Below are positions 8,568 through 17,286 of a DNA stretch of 64,000 nt, piece by piece. The stretch is from the sequence record ON528731, one strand, 5' to 3'. The number at the start of each line of letters is the position of its first letter. Positions within the stretch are counted from its first letter, which is position 1. Source of the DNA: Shigella phage ESh21. Both the position numbers and the translations under genes were made by a program. The notes beneath the pieces were generated by a model. It did no database searches. It was not told the DNA's origin and saw only the letters and a list, made by a program, of their open reading frames with translations.

Positions 8568-10712
8568 ATGGTTAAAGTACAAATTATCAAAAAGAACGGC
8601 TCACTGGAAAAACCAGATATTAACAAAATCTTGACAGCCGTTGAGAAATCAGCTAATCGTGTTGGCTACAAAGAACTTCCACTAGAAGTTATCCATGCTT
8701 TAGAAGCAGCTTTCAAGAGGATTCTTGCAAAGGCATCTAATCAGAATGCTTTACTAATCTCTGTAGATGACATTCACAGTATTGTAGAAGGTGCTCTGGC
8801 TGTCACTAACCATGAGATTTATGAGTCATACTCAACGTATCGTAACTACCGTAAAGAGGTGGCACAGAATTGGGATTATCTGTATCAGAAGACTAAAGAC
8901 ACTCTCTTCTTAGGTGACCGTGAGAATGCTAACTTTGACAGTAGCTTAATCTCTACAAAGGGTTCTATTATTCGTGGATACCTGACAAAAGAAATCTTTA
9001 AACAGTATCACTTAACACCAGAAGAAATAAGAGCTATTGAAGATGGATTTATCTACATTCACGACCTAAGAGACTTGGTATTTGGTGGAATCAACTGTTG
9101 CTTATTTGATATTGGCAAAGTCTTGGAAGGTGGCTTTGAAATGTCTGGTATTGAATACTGTGAACCAAAGTCTGTTCTGTCAGCTTTACAGGTTATCGGT
9201 GACGTTGTTCTATCAGCAACTGCACAGCAATTTGGTGGATTCACTATCCCAGAGATTGATAAGATTTTAGTACCATATGCTAAGAAGTCTCAGAAGTATC
9301 ATGAGGAAATGGCTATTGCTTATGGAATCCCTCAAGACAAGATTTACCACTATGTCAAGAACCAGTTACAAATTGAGTTAACTCAGGGCTTTCAATCCCT
9401 TGAGATGAAACTTAACACTGTCCCTTGCAGTCGTGGTGACTTTGCTTTTACAACTTTAACATTTGGATTACTTGAACCAGATATATCAAATCATGATAAC
9501 CGTCTACAATATATGATTGCTAAGACTATCTTGGATGTTCGTATGAATGGTCAAGGTAAAGCCAAGAAACCAGTAGTATTCCCTAAACTGGTATATATCT
9601 ATGATGAGAAAAGACACTCTCTGGATATCTGGCAAGGTCAACTTTATGGAAAAGCTATTGAGTGTTGCTCTAAAGCAATGTACCCAGACTTCCTGAGTGT
9701 ATCTGGTCATGGTGCTGCAGCAGATGCTTTTAAACGCTCGGGTAAAGTGATTTCACCGATGGGTTGCAGGGCTTATCTGTCACCATACCTTGATGAAGAT
9801 GGTGGAGAGTTCTATGTAGGACGTGCTAACATTGGTGCTGTCTCACTGAACTTGCCAATGATTTATCAGTATGCTAAGGAGAATCAACTTGATTTCTTTG
9901 AAGAGATTGACAAGTACCTTGAAATGATTCGAGCATTCCACCAGAAGCGTTATGAAATGATTGCTAACATGCCAGCAAGTTCTAACCCTCTGGCGTTTAC
10001 TCAAGGTGGACTGTACAAAGGTCATAAGAAACCAACTGACAAGATTGGTTGGGATACTGTGAAATCCTTCACAGCTTCTTTTGGTGTTACCGCACTAGAT
10101 GAGCTTTCTGTTTTGGCTGGAGAAGGTAGACTTCATGAGTCATCTTCAGAAGGTATTGCACATCAAGTTATGGAGCACCTAAACACCAAGCTGGAGCAGT
10201 TTAAGCAAGAAGATGGATTCTTATATGCCCTTTATGGTACACCTGCTGAGAGCCTTTGTGGTACGCAATTGAAGCAGTTTCGTCACATGTTTGGAGTTAT
10301 TAAAGGTGTCTCCGATAAAGAGTACTTTACAAACAGCTTCCACATGAACGTAGCAGCAGATATTACACCATTTGAGAAGCAAGACTTAGAAGAACCTTTC
10401 TTCCATTCCTGCAATGGAGGGCATATTCAATATGTTCGTATTGCTAACCCAGAGAATCATAAAGCTATTGAAGCATGTGTTACAAGGGGTATGGGTAAGG
10501 GCTTCTATCAAGGTGTTAACTTTGACTTAGCAATCTGTGAAAATTGTGGTCACCGTCCAAGTGCAGATGTTGAAGAATGTCCTAAGTGTCACTCACATGA
10601 TATCTCTGTTATTAACCGTGTTTGTGGGTATCTTGGTTGGACTAAAATCAAGGGAACCTCAAGAATGAACGATGCAAAAATTGCAGAGATTAAAGACAGA
10701 AAATCTATGTAA
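8568..10712 (+). CDS. nrdD: anaerobic ribonucleoside-triphosphate reductase
   Basis: 714 aa; C-terminal zinc ribbon CENCGH...CPKCHSH and glycyl-radical motif RVCGYLG. Confidence 0.9.
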   Translation: MVKVQIIKKNGSLEKPDINKILTAVEKSANRVGYKELPLEVIHALEAAFKRILAKASNQNALLISVDDIHSIVEGALAVTNHEIYESYSTYRNYRKEVAQNWDYLYQKTKDTLFLGDRENANFDSSLISTKGSIIRGYLTKEIFKQYHLTPEEIRAIEDGFIYIHDLRDLVFGGINCCLFDIGKVLEGGFEMSGIEYCEPKSVLSALQVIGDVVLSATAQQFGGFTIPEIDKILVPYAKKSQKYHEEMAIAYGIPQDKIYHYVKNQLQIELTQGFQSLEMKLNTVPCSRGDFAFTTLTFGLLEPDISNHDNRLQYMIAKTILDVRMNGQGKAKKPVVFPKLVYIYDEKRHSLDIWQGQLYGKAIECCSKAMYPDFLSVSGHGAAADAFKRSGKVISPMGCRAYLSPYLDEDGGEFYVGRANIGAVSLNLPMIYQYAKENQLDFFEEIDKYLEMIRAFHQKRYEMIANMPASSNPLAFTQGGLYKGHKKPTDKIGWDTVKSFTASFGVTALDELSVLAGEGRLHESSSEGIAHQVMEHLNTKLEQFKQEDGFLYALYGTPAESLCGTQLKQFRHMFGVIKGVSDKEYFTNSFHMNVAADITPFEKQDLEEPFFHSCNGGHIQYVRIANPENHKAIEACVTRGMGKGFYQGVNFDLAICENCGHRPSADVEECPKCHSHDISVINRVCGYLGWTKIKGTSRMNDAKIAEIKDRKSM

Positions 10713-10723
10713 GTAATTGACAA

Positions 10724-10763
10724 GGTAGTGTAGGTCTTGATAGGCTTGCACTACCTTTTTTAT
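10724..10763 (+). terminator. rho-independent terminator
   Basis: GGTAGTG...CACTACC stem followed by TTTTTTATT. Confidence 0.6.
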
Positions 10764-10776
10764 TGGAGAGAATAAA

Positions 10777-10959
10777 ATGTTGGAAGTTGGGAAAGTCTAC
10801 CTGTTTGTTGGTAAAGTTGGTGGCACAACTCTTGAAGCAAAACTGAAATACATTCTTGACAATGGCTATGTAGTCTCTTGGCAGACTTCAAATGGCACTT
10901 GGTACGATGAGAAGTTAACAGGTGAGTTCTGGAAAGTCTATCAAGAGGTAACACCATGA
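10777..10959 (+). CDS. small hypothetical protein
   Basis: 60-aa ORF with GGAGAG RBS. Confidence 0.35.
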   Translation: MLEVGKVYLFVGKVGGTTLEAKLKYILDNGYVVSWQTSNGTWYDEKLTGEFWKVYQEVTP

Positions 10960-11213
10960 GTTATGACTTCTGGCATAACTTTTGGATGTGGGTTATTGGC
11001 ATTCTCTTAGTAGCTATGATAGGTTATGCTGCATACTATGCTTATCACACTTCTATCTGGATGGAGGCAAACCACTGTCAACAAACTTCACAGAGTAGAG
11101 AGTACACTTATTATGTGTCAGTTCAGGCAGGGAATACAACAATCCTAGTCCCACAAACTGGTACAGAGTACTTGTATACTTGTGATAACAATCAGTCAAT
11201 ATGGTGGTACTAA
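10956..11213 (+). CDS. small membrane protein
   Basis: 85 aa, N-terminal TM helix WMWVIGILLVAMIGYAAYYAY; ATGA coupling. Confidence 0.4.
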   Translation: MSYDFWHNFWMWVIGILLVAMIGYAAYYAYHTSIWMEANHCQQTSQSREYTYYVSVQAGNTTILVPQTGTEYLYTCDNNQSIWWY

Positions 11214-11307
11214 ATGATAAAAGAATTTTTATTGATAACACTAATAGGTTCGACTACACTAGGATTCTGTTTAGGATTACTTTACACACACTTTGCAGGA
11301 AATAAAA

Positions 11308-11700
11308 ATGATAAAACTAACTAAAGATATGAAAGAGTTCTTAGTAGAGTATGCTCTTGAGTTTGGGAGTTCTTCTAAAGAACATCGTCGTGGAAGCACT
11401 TTCTACATCTCAGCAGAGTGCTTGATTACTTCAGAGGTCTTTGCAGATGCTATTGATTCCAATCTACAACTTCCTCAAGAACTTGACGGGTTAGTTGTAG
11501 TCCTTCACGGTACTTGGTCTGATGACGATGGTACAGATGTAGGTTGCTTCGAGATTCACAGCCACCAGCAAATCATGAATCCCAAATACGTAGCTTTAAT
11601 AACAAGAGCACAGGAAGATGAATTGCTAACAGACTTCATCAAAGAACACTGTGAAGAGTATGTTGTTAAATATGAGAAGGTAGATTTTGAGGTGATTTAA
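11308..11700 (+). CDS. hypothetical protein
   Basis: ATG 11308 after GCAGGA; ORF-track start at 11293 is a TTG. Confidence 0.5.
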   Translation: MIKLTKDMKEFLVEYALEFGSSSKEHRRGSTFYISAECLITSEVFADAIDSNLQLPQELDGLVVVLHGTWSDDDGTDVGCFEIHSHQQIMNPKYVALITRAQEDELLTDFIKEHCEEYVVKYEKVDFEVI

Positions 11701-12185
11701 TGAATTACATGGAAATACGAAAATTTGATACAGCTAACGGTGAAGGTGCTCGTGTCAGTCTTTTTGTAGCTGGATGCCGACACCACTGTGAGGGTTGCTT
11801 TAACAGGGAATCTTGGAAGTTTAATGCAGGAAAAGAGTTTACTTACGCAAACCTTTATGGCATTATGCAGCTAATGAATGATAATGCTATTAGTGGGCTG
11901 TCAATACTTGGTGGAGAGCCTCTGGATGAGAGAAACATTCAAGAAGTCACCAACATATGTAAACGTATTAAAACTGTTTACCCAGAAAAGACTATATGGC
12001 TTTGGACAGGATTCCAGCTTCATGAAAAAATTAATAAAGAAGTGATGAAATATGTTGACGTAGTGATTGATGGTAAGTATGATGCTTCTAAACCAACGAA
12101 TAAACCGTATCGTGGTTCAGACAACCAAAACTTGTGGAGAAAAGAATATGGCTGGCAAGGTGACTGTCAATGGAGAGCAGAGTAG
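11700..12185 (+). CDS. nrdG: anaerobic RNR activating enzyme (radical SAM)
   Basis: CRHHCEGCFN radical-SAM cysteine motif; downstream of nrdD. Confidence 0.85.
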   Translation: MNYMEIRKFDTANGEGARVSLFVAGCRHHCEGCFNRESWKFNAGKEFTYANLYGIMQLMNDNAISGLSILGGEPLDERNIQEVTNICKRIKTVYPEKTIWLWTGFQLHEKINKEVMKYVDVVIDGKYDASKPTNKPYRGSDNQNLWRKEYGWQGDCQWRAE

Positions 12186-12214
12186 CGGTGGATTCAAACG
12201 CGGTGAGTTTGTTA

Positions 12215-12468
12215 TGTCGTACTGTAACATGTCACTATTTGGTAGCTACAAAGTAAATCCAGAAACCCTTGAAGAGTGGAAAGTCTATACTAAAAGTCTG
12301 TTTGATTCCACTGGTATGGAAGCATTGAAATGTATTGAGGATGCTGGAGTATTTAAAGTAAAATACAAAGCACATTTCTCAAATTTTTACGCGACAAACT
12401 TATGTGTTGATGATAAAGTTGTCGCAGTTACTGAAGAAGAACTTAATAAGTTCTGTATTAAACTTTAA
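12215..12468 (+). CDS. hypothetical protein
   Basis: ORF 12067..12468 overlaps nrdG; internal ATG 12215 after GGTGAG chosen as start (uncertain). Confidence 0.35.
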
Positions 12469-12483
12469 ATGAGAGAGATTAAA

Positions 12484-12741
12484 ATGGGAATTTTTAGTAA
12501 CATGAAAGCTGGTTTCTTAGCGGCACTGGCAAAAGCAGCAGCAATTGTTTCTATGACGGGTAAGCAGGTCGGTGTAGATGCTTCAGCAGTTGCACAGGTT
12601 CTTGCAAGCCAGATTGAACAGCAGCCTTACATTCACGTTGGACGTGGTAAAGGTGGTAAGAGACAAGCTCACCGTCCATCTGGTGCAGCAGCAATTAAAC
12701 GTGCAGCTAAAAAAGCTCGCAACCGTAAACGTAGCAAATAA
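12484..12741 (+). CDS. small protein with basic Lys/Arg-rich C-terminus
   Basis: ATG 12484 after GAGAGAG; C-terminus KRAAKKARNRKRSK. Confidence 0.4.
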   Translation: MGIFSNMKAGFLAALAKAAAIVSMTGKQVGVDASAVAQVLASQIEQQPYIHVGRGKGGKRQAHRPSGAAAIKRAAKKARNRKRSK

Positions 12742-12753
12742 GGGATAGCCAAC

Positions 12754-13065
12754 ATGGAAAAGCTTTATAACACTCGTAAGATTCAGATTGCAGTTCTGTG
12801 CCAATTTATGGTTGAGAAATATAATGCACATTATTGTGGCACAGGTTTTCTAGCTTTTGGTGGTGAATATATCCCGTTTAAGAAAGCTGTAAAGATGTAC
12901 AATGAGTCACTAGCTAGTGACAAAGAGGTAAAACAACTTAAGCTGACTTATGACAAGAAAGCTAAGAAGATTGTATGTCTGAACCATTCAATCAAACCTA
13001 CAGATTACGTTACAAGCAACATCGGTGAAGAAGGTTTCTTCAAAGTGTTGAAAGTCGCACAGTAA
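12754..13065 (+). CDS. hypothetical protein
   Basis: 103-aa ORF. Confidence 0.45.
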   Translation: MEKLYNTRKIQIAVLCQFMVEKYNAHYCGTGFLAFGGEYIPFKKAVKMYNESLASDKEVKQLKLTYDKKAKKIVCLNHSIKPTDYVTSNIGEEGFFKVLKVAQ

Positions 13066-13078
13066 AAGTATATGATTA

Positions 13079-13107
13079 GGGAACTGTAAAAGGTTCCCTT
13101 TTTATTT
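13079..13107 (+). terminator. rho-independent terminator
   Basis: GGGAAC-loop-GTTCCC + TTTTTATTTT. Confidence 0.65.
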
Positions 13108-13117
13108 TGGAGAAATC

Positions 13118-13633
13118 ATGTACTACTCAAACCTTAAACGTGCTGCTGCAATGTCTGTTTTACGTCTTGATTTTGATGAACGTCAAGAGTTCATTGAGTC
13201 TCACCAATATGACCCTTCAAACTCTAATCACATGGTTCTTTGGAATCGTGGGAAGTACCGTGATAGTTCCCTCTTTGCATATTACCCTCACTACACTATT
13301 GACAACCTCTATGAGTACTGTGTTGTAAAGAACACTATAGCTACCCTTAATAAGCTTTGTAGATATTCTGGAAAGAAAGCTTTCACGTTAGGCCACCATA
13401 AGCCCGTGACAAAAGGTGGAGAGCACCATTGCTCGAACTGGTTTATCCAGACTAAAGAAGATAACCAGAAGCAAGGAGAGAAGCTTCCAGAAGCTCCTAA
13501 GATGACTTGGGAAGAACAGGAAGCATATCTTATAAATAATATGCCACCAATGCTTGACAGGGAATATGCAGTTCTGGCAATATCTCTCTTGTTGAAGTTC
13601 GAGACTGTTTATGAGGCGACTTATAATGGCTAG
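13118..13633 (+). CDS. hypothetical protein with HNH-like (His-Me finger) motif
   Basis: GHHKPVTKGGEHHCSNWFIQTKEDN resembles HNH HH..P..GG...N core. Confidence 0.4.
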   Translation: MYYSNLKRAAAMSVLRLDFDERQEFIESHQYDPSNSNHMVLWNRGKYRDSSLFAYYPHYTIDNLYEYCVVKNTIATLNKLCRYSGKKAFTLGHHKPVTKGGEHHCSNWFIQTKEDNQKQGEKLPEAPKMTWEEQEAYLINNMPPMLDREYAVLAISLLLKFETVYEATYNG

Positions 13634-13904
13634 AGAACAATGGGAAATCAAAGAACTTATTAGTGAAGGTGGTAACGGTTGTGAAATGTACATGATACGT
13701 GGTCACGTTCCAAATGCCCTTGCACTTGAGATGGTAGACCATCAATCTAATGGCTACTACAAAGAGTTTGGAGAGCCAAACATTGAACGCACTTGGACAA
13801 AACCAGTTCCAGATGGTACAGGTAACTGTTCAGTGATTTATCATACTGTAGACCCAAAGAAATGCAAAACAGCTATGGCTGTAACCTTTGTAACTTTTGA
13901 TTGA
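13611..13904 (+). CDS. hypothetical protein
   Basis: 97-aa ORF overlapping upstream stop. Confidence 0.4.
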   Translation: MRRLIMAREQWEIKELISEGGNGCEMYMIRGHVPNALALEMVDHQSNGYYKEFGEPNIERTWTKPVPDGTGNCSVIYHTVDPKKCKTAMAVTFVTFD

Positions 13905-13916
13905 GAGATATTAAAT

Positions 13917-14798
13917 ATGAAAACTATTATTAGTGTACTGTTACACTCACGTAAAAAAGGTGCTCACCAAGAAGAGTTCAACATTATCCAGTTTCCGTCT
14001 GGAGAAATTGGTGGTAACTTCTCAGAAGACCTAGTAGCCTATGCTGAACAGAATGCTTCCCAGATTGAGAATGTAATCCTCACTGTACAGGGTTACGACA
14101 AAGATACTCTGTTTGCTTTAGCTCTGGCGAAAGAAGCTATTGACAAACTAATTCCTCAGAAATCAACTATGAAGACTGCTGTATTTGGCTTCTTACCAAA
14201 TGCTCGTTATGACCGTCACATGTTTAAAGGTGATGCAGCAGCATTGAAAGTCTTTGCAAATCTGGTAAATGCTATGGAGTTTGATGCAGTATGTGCTTTA
14301 GATACTCACAGCAACGTAGCAGAGAACTTGTTTAAGTGCTTCCATAACCTGCCCCAGAAAGAAGCAGCAGTACACTTTGCAAGTGACCCACGTATTGATT
14401 TCTTAGTGGCTCCAGATGCAGGTGCAGCCAAGAAGACTGAAGAGGCTGCTAAAGAGGTTGATAAGCCATATATCACAATGGCTAAGATTCGTAATCTGAA
14501 AACTGGTGAAATCACTGGTATGCGAATCCTTGATGATGTAGACTTAACTGGTAAAGCTGTCATGATTCTCGATGATATCTGTGATGGTGGTCGTACCTTT
14601 GTAGAAGCTGCAAAACATCTTCGTGAAGCTGGTGCAAGCCGTGTAGAACTTTATGTAACTCATGGGATTTTCTCAAAAGGTGTTGAAAATCTTCTTGACA
14701 ATGGCATTGACCATATCTACACTACAAACTCGCTAGGGGATGCTGAAGACCGTGGTCTGAATCAGTTCTCACAAGTAACTGTAGCAAACATTGAGTAA
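13917..14798 (+). CDS. prs: ribose-phosphate pyrophosphokinase (PRPP synthetase)
   Basis: 293 aa; PRPP-binding loop VMILDDICDGGRT resembles the DD(I/L)xDTGGT motif. Confidence 0.8.
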   Translation: MKTIISVLLHSRKKGAHQEEFNIIQFPSGEIGGNFSEDLVAYAEQNASQIENVILTVQGYDKDTLFALALAKEAIDKLIPQKSTMKTAVFGFLPNARYDRHMFKGDAAALKVFANLVNAMEFDAVCALDTHSNVAENLFKCFHNLPQKEAAVHFASDPRIDFLVAPDAGAAKKTEEAAKEVDKPYITMAKIRNLKTGEITGMRILDDVDLTGKAVMILDDICDGGRTFVEAAKHLREAGASRVELYVTHGIFSKGVENLLDNGIDHIYTTNSLGDAEDRGLNQFSQVTVANIE

Positions 14799-14846
14799 TA
14801 AACTTTGAAGGGGCTGAAAAGCCCCACTATTGAGAGAGATAAAATT

Positions 14847-16673
14847 ATGTCTAAATCAGTTTATGCAGTACCAGCAGGTCTTAATGCGGATGCTTACAAA
14901 GCTGGCCATATCTACCAGTACCCAAGTGCTACACAGTATCTGATGCTAAATCTTACACCTCGTGGTGATAAGTGGTTTAACACTCCACTTGATATTGACG
15001 GTGTAGTTGCTTTTGGTATTCAACGTTTCGTTAAAGATTACTTAGTAGACCACTGGAATGCTACCTTCTTTGAACGAGATAAGAAAGAAGTTGTTGACGA
15101 AATCTTAGAAATCATGAACGGTGTTCTCGGTGCAGATGCGATTGGTCGTGAGCATTGGGAAGAACTTCACGATTTAGGCTATCTGCCAGTCGAAGTCTAC
15201 TCTGTAGAAGAGGGTACAGTGGTTCCAATGCGTGTTCCAATGATTATCTTCAAGAATACTGTAGAGGGCTTCCATTGGGTAGCTGGATATCTGGAAGATG
15301 CTTTCTCTGCTGAAATTTGGAAAGCTTCTACGATTGCCACTATTGCATTACACTACAAACGCATCTGTAAGCAATGGGCTGATGTAACCTGTGATAATGA
15401 CTTCCATTTACCTTGGCAGTGTCATGATTTTGCAATGCGTGGTATGTCAGGCTTTACAGATGATGCTTTTAACGCTGTAGGTCACCTGACAAGCTTTAAA
15501 GGTACTGACAGCTTCCCTGCTGTCTACACTGCTAAACGTGCTTATGGTCAGTTTATGGAAGTAAGTGATATCGGCAACTCTGTACCAGCTACTGAACACT
15601 CTGTGATGTGCGCAAACATTTCATGGAATATGAAAGACTTGTCAGAGGAAGATATTCATTCACAGTACATCATGCAGTCTGATAGCTTGCTGGATGCAAA
15701 ACGTTGGCGTGGTGAGGTTAAAACCTTTGAGCATTTACTGGTAGACGTATATCCAACTGGTATTGCAAGTGTTGTTTCAGATACTTACAACTTCTGGCGT
15801 ACTGTTACAGAGATTCTCCCAGAACTCCGTGAAGTTATCCTGAAGCGTGAAGGTAAACTGGTAATACGTCCAGACTCTGGAGACCCCATTCACATTGTTG
15901 CTGGTTATCGTGCTGTTGAGTGGGAAAATGCCAAGAGTATGTTCTACAAACATATGAAAGAAATTGCACCGAACAATGATAAACTCCTGAATCTTATTCA
16001 GTATTGTGAGTTGCAGGATATGGGTTATGGGTTTGCTGCATGGCTTATCTCTGAAGGTTATGAGTTAGTTGTTGATAAAGAAGATTTTGAAACTGCTGAA
16101 ACAGTTAACTTGAAAGATTTTAATAAGACCGGAAATATTGTTGTTAAGCGTATGCTGACAGCAGAGATTGATGGGGCTATCCCAACTCTCTACAACATCT
16201 TTGGTGGTCGTGTGAACAGTAAAGGTTACAAAGTACTGGATGAGCACATCGGTTTAATCTATGGTGATTCTATCACCCTTGAGCGAGCTAATGAGATTCT
16301 TGGTCGTCTTGCTGACAAAGGTTTTGCAAGCTCTAACGTGGTCTTTGGTGTTGGTTCATACACTTACCAGTACCTGACTCGTGATACCTTTGCATTTGCT
16401 GTCAAGGCTACTCTTGCTCAGATGGACGGTGAAGAAATCATGCTGGCAAAAGACCCTAAAACTGACAGTGGTCTTAAGAAGTCTGCTTTTGGTGGTGTAG
16501 TTCCTATGTGTGACGGTGATAAACTGGAAGCTGTAGACGGCTTTGGCTTTGCAGAGTTTGAAGGTGTACTGGATAATCCAGAATGTGCTTTGAAGTTGGT
16601 GTTTAGCAACTCTCAACCATATGGTTATGTAAACCTTCGTGATGTTCGAAATAACATTGACAAACAACTCTAA
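14847..16673 (+). CDS. nadV: nicotinamide phosphoribosyltransferase (NAMPT/NadV)
   Basis: motif VIRPDSGDP characteristic of NAMPT/NAPRT type II PRTases; start 14847 after GAGAGAG preferred over 14805; C-terminal extension relative to typical NAMPT. Confidence 0.8.
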   Translation: MSKSVYAVPAGLNADAYKAGHIYQYPSATQYLMLNLTPRGDKWFNTPLDIDGVVAFGIQRFVKDYLVDHWNATFFERDKKEVVDEILEIMNGVLGADAIGREHWEELHDLGYLPVEVYSVEEGTVVPMRVPMIIFKNTVEGFHWVAGYLEDAFSAEIWKASTIATIALHYKRICKQWADVTCDNDFHLPWQCHDFAMRGMSGFTDDAFNAVGHLTSFKGTDSFPAVYTAKRAYGQFMEVSDIGNSVPATEHSVMCANISWNMKDLSEEDIHSQYIMQSDSLLDAKRWRGEVKTFEHLLVDVYPTGIASVVSDTYNFWRTVTEILPELREVILKREGKLVIRPDSGDPIHIVAGYRAVEWENAKSMFYKHMKEIAPNNDKLLNLIQYCELQDMGYGFAAWLISEGYELVVDKEDFETAETVNLKDFNKTGNIVVKRMLTAEIDGAIPTLYNIFGGRVNSKGYKVLDEHIGLIYGDSITLERANEILGRLADKGFASSNVVFGVGSYTYQYLTRDTFAFAVKATLAQMDGEEIMLAKDPKTDSGLKKSAFGGVVPMCDGDKLEAVDGFGFAEFEGVLDNPECALKLVFSNSQPYGYVNLRDVRNNIDKQL

Positions 16674-16687
16674 CTGAGTATTATAAG

Positions 16688-16710
16688 AGGCTCCTACGGG
16701 AGCCTTTTTA
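16688..16710 (+). terminator. rho-independent terminator
   Basis: AGGCTCC-TACG-GGAGCCT + TTTTT. Confidence 0.7.
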
Positions 16711-16726
16711 ATTTCTGGAGAATGCT

Positions 16727-17062
16727 ATGAAAATTAAGCAGATGAATATCAACCTTATCTTAGAAGAACGTTGGGAAAACATCAAATGTACTGAAGATGG
16801 TTATAAGTTTGTTAACAAGATTATGCAGGAAGCTCAGACTCAACTTGCTTCTGAGATTCATACAACGATTACTTTGAAGGTTTACATCAAAGGTCTTCCA
16901 CAAAATCACCAAGAAGCCCTTGACCTGTTCTGTGAACACTTCTATAATCCGAACAAAAGAATCCTTGAAGATAATTTTGCAGTCTCTTCAAGCATCGTTC
17001 ATGACAGAAGCTTTATCCTGTTCAAAACTGTAGGAGAGAATGTATGCAAGGTTATTGGTTAG
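16727..17062 (+). CDS. hypothetical protein
   Basis: 111-aa ORF. Confidence 0.45.
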   Translation: MKIKQMNINLILEERWENIKCTEDGYKFVNKIMQEAQTQLASEIHTTITLKVYIKGLPQNHQEALDLFCEHFYNPNKRILEDNFAVSSSIVHDRSFILFKTVGENVCKVIG

Positions 17063-17223
17063 AGATTATCTTATCACTTGGTTGTATTGTTGCTATTGCA
17101 GTATTGCTTTGCAAGTACTTTGCAGAGACTGAACCATGTAATGAGTGTGAAGGTTCTGGAATAGCTGGTATTGGGCATTGTTGCCCTTACTGTAACGGAA
17201 CTGGAAAGAAATTTAAAAAGTAA
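17044..17223 (+). CDS. small membrane-anchored zinc-ribbon protein (59 aa)
   Basis: RBS TAGGAGAGA; N-terminal TM helix then CNECEGSG...CCPYCNGTG (CxxCxGxG-like); below ORF-track cutoff. Confidence 0.35.
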   Translation: MQGYWLEIILSLGCIVAIAVLLCKYFAETEPCNECEGSGIAGIGHCCPYCNGTGKKFKK

Positions 17224-17224
17224 C

Positions 17225-17254
17225 TTGACAGAGGTATCTATAAAAGAATATAGT
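17225..17254 (+). promoter_or_regulatory. sigma70-type promoter
   Basis: TTGACA - 18 nt - TATAGT upstream of rIIA. Confidence 0.5.
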
Positions 17255-17286
17255 TACCTCACCAAACAACAAAGAGGAATCCTGTT

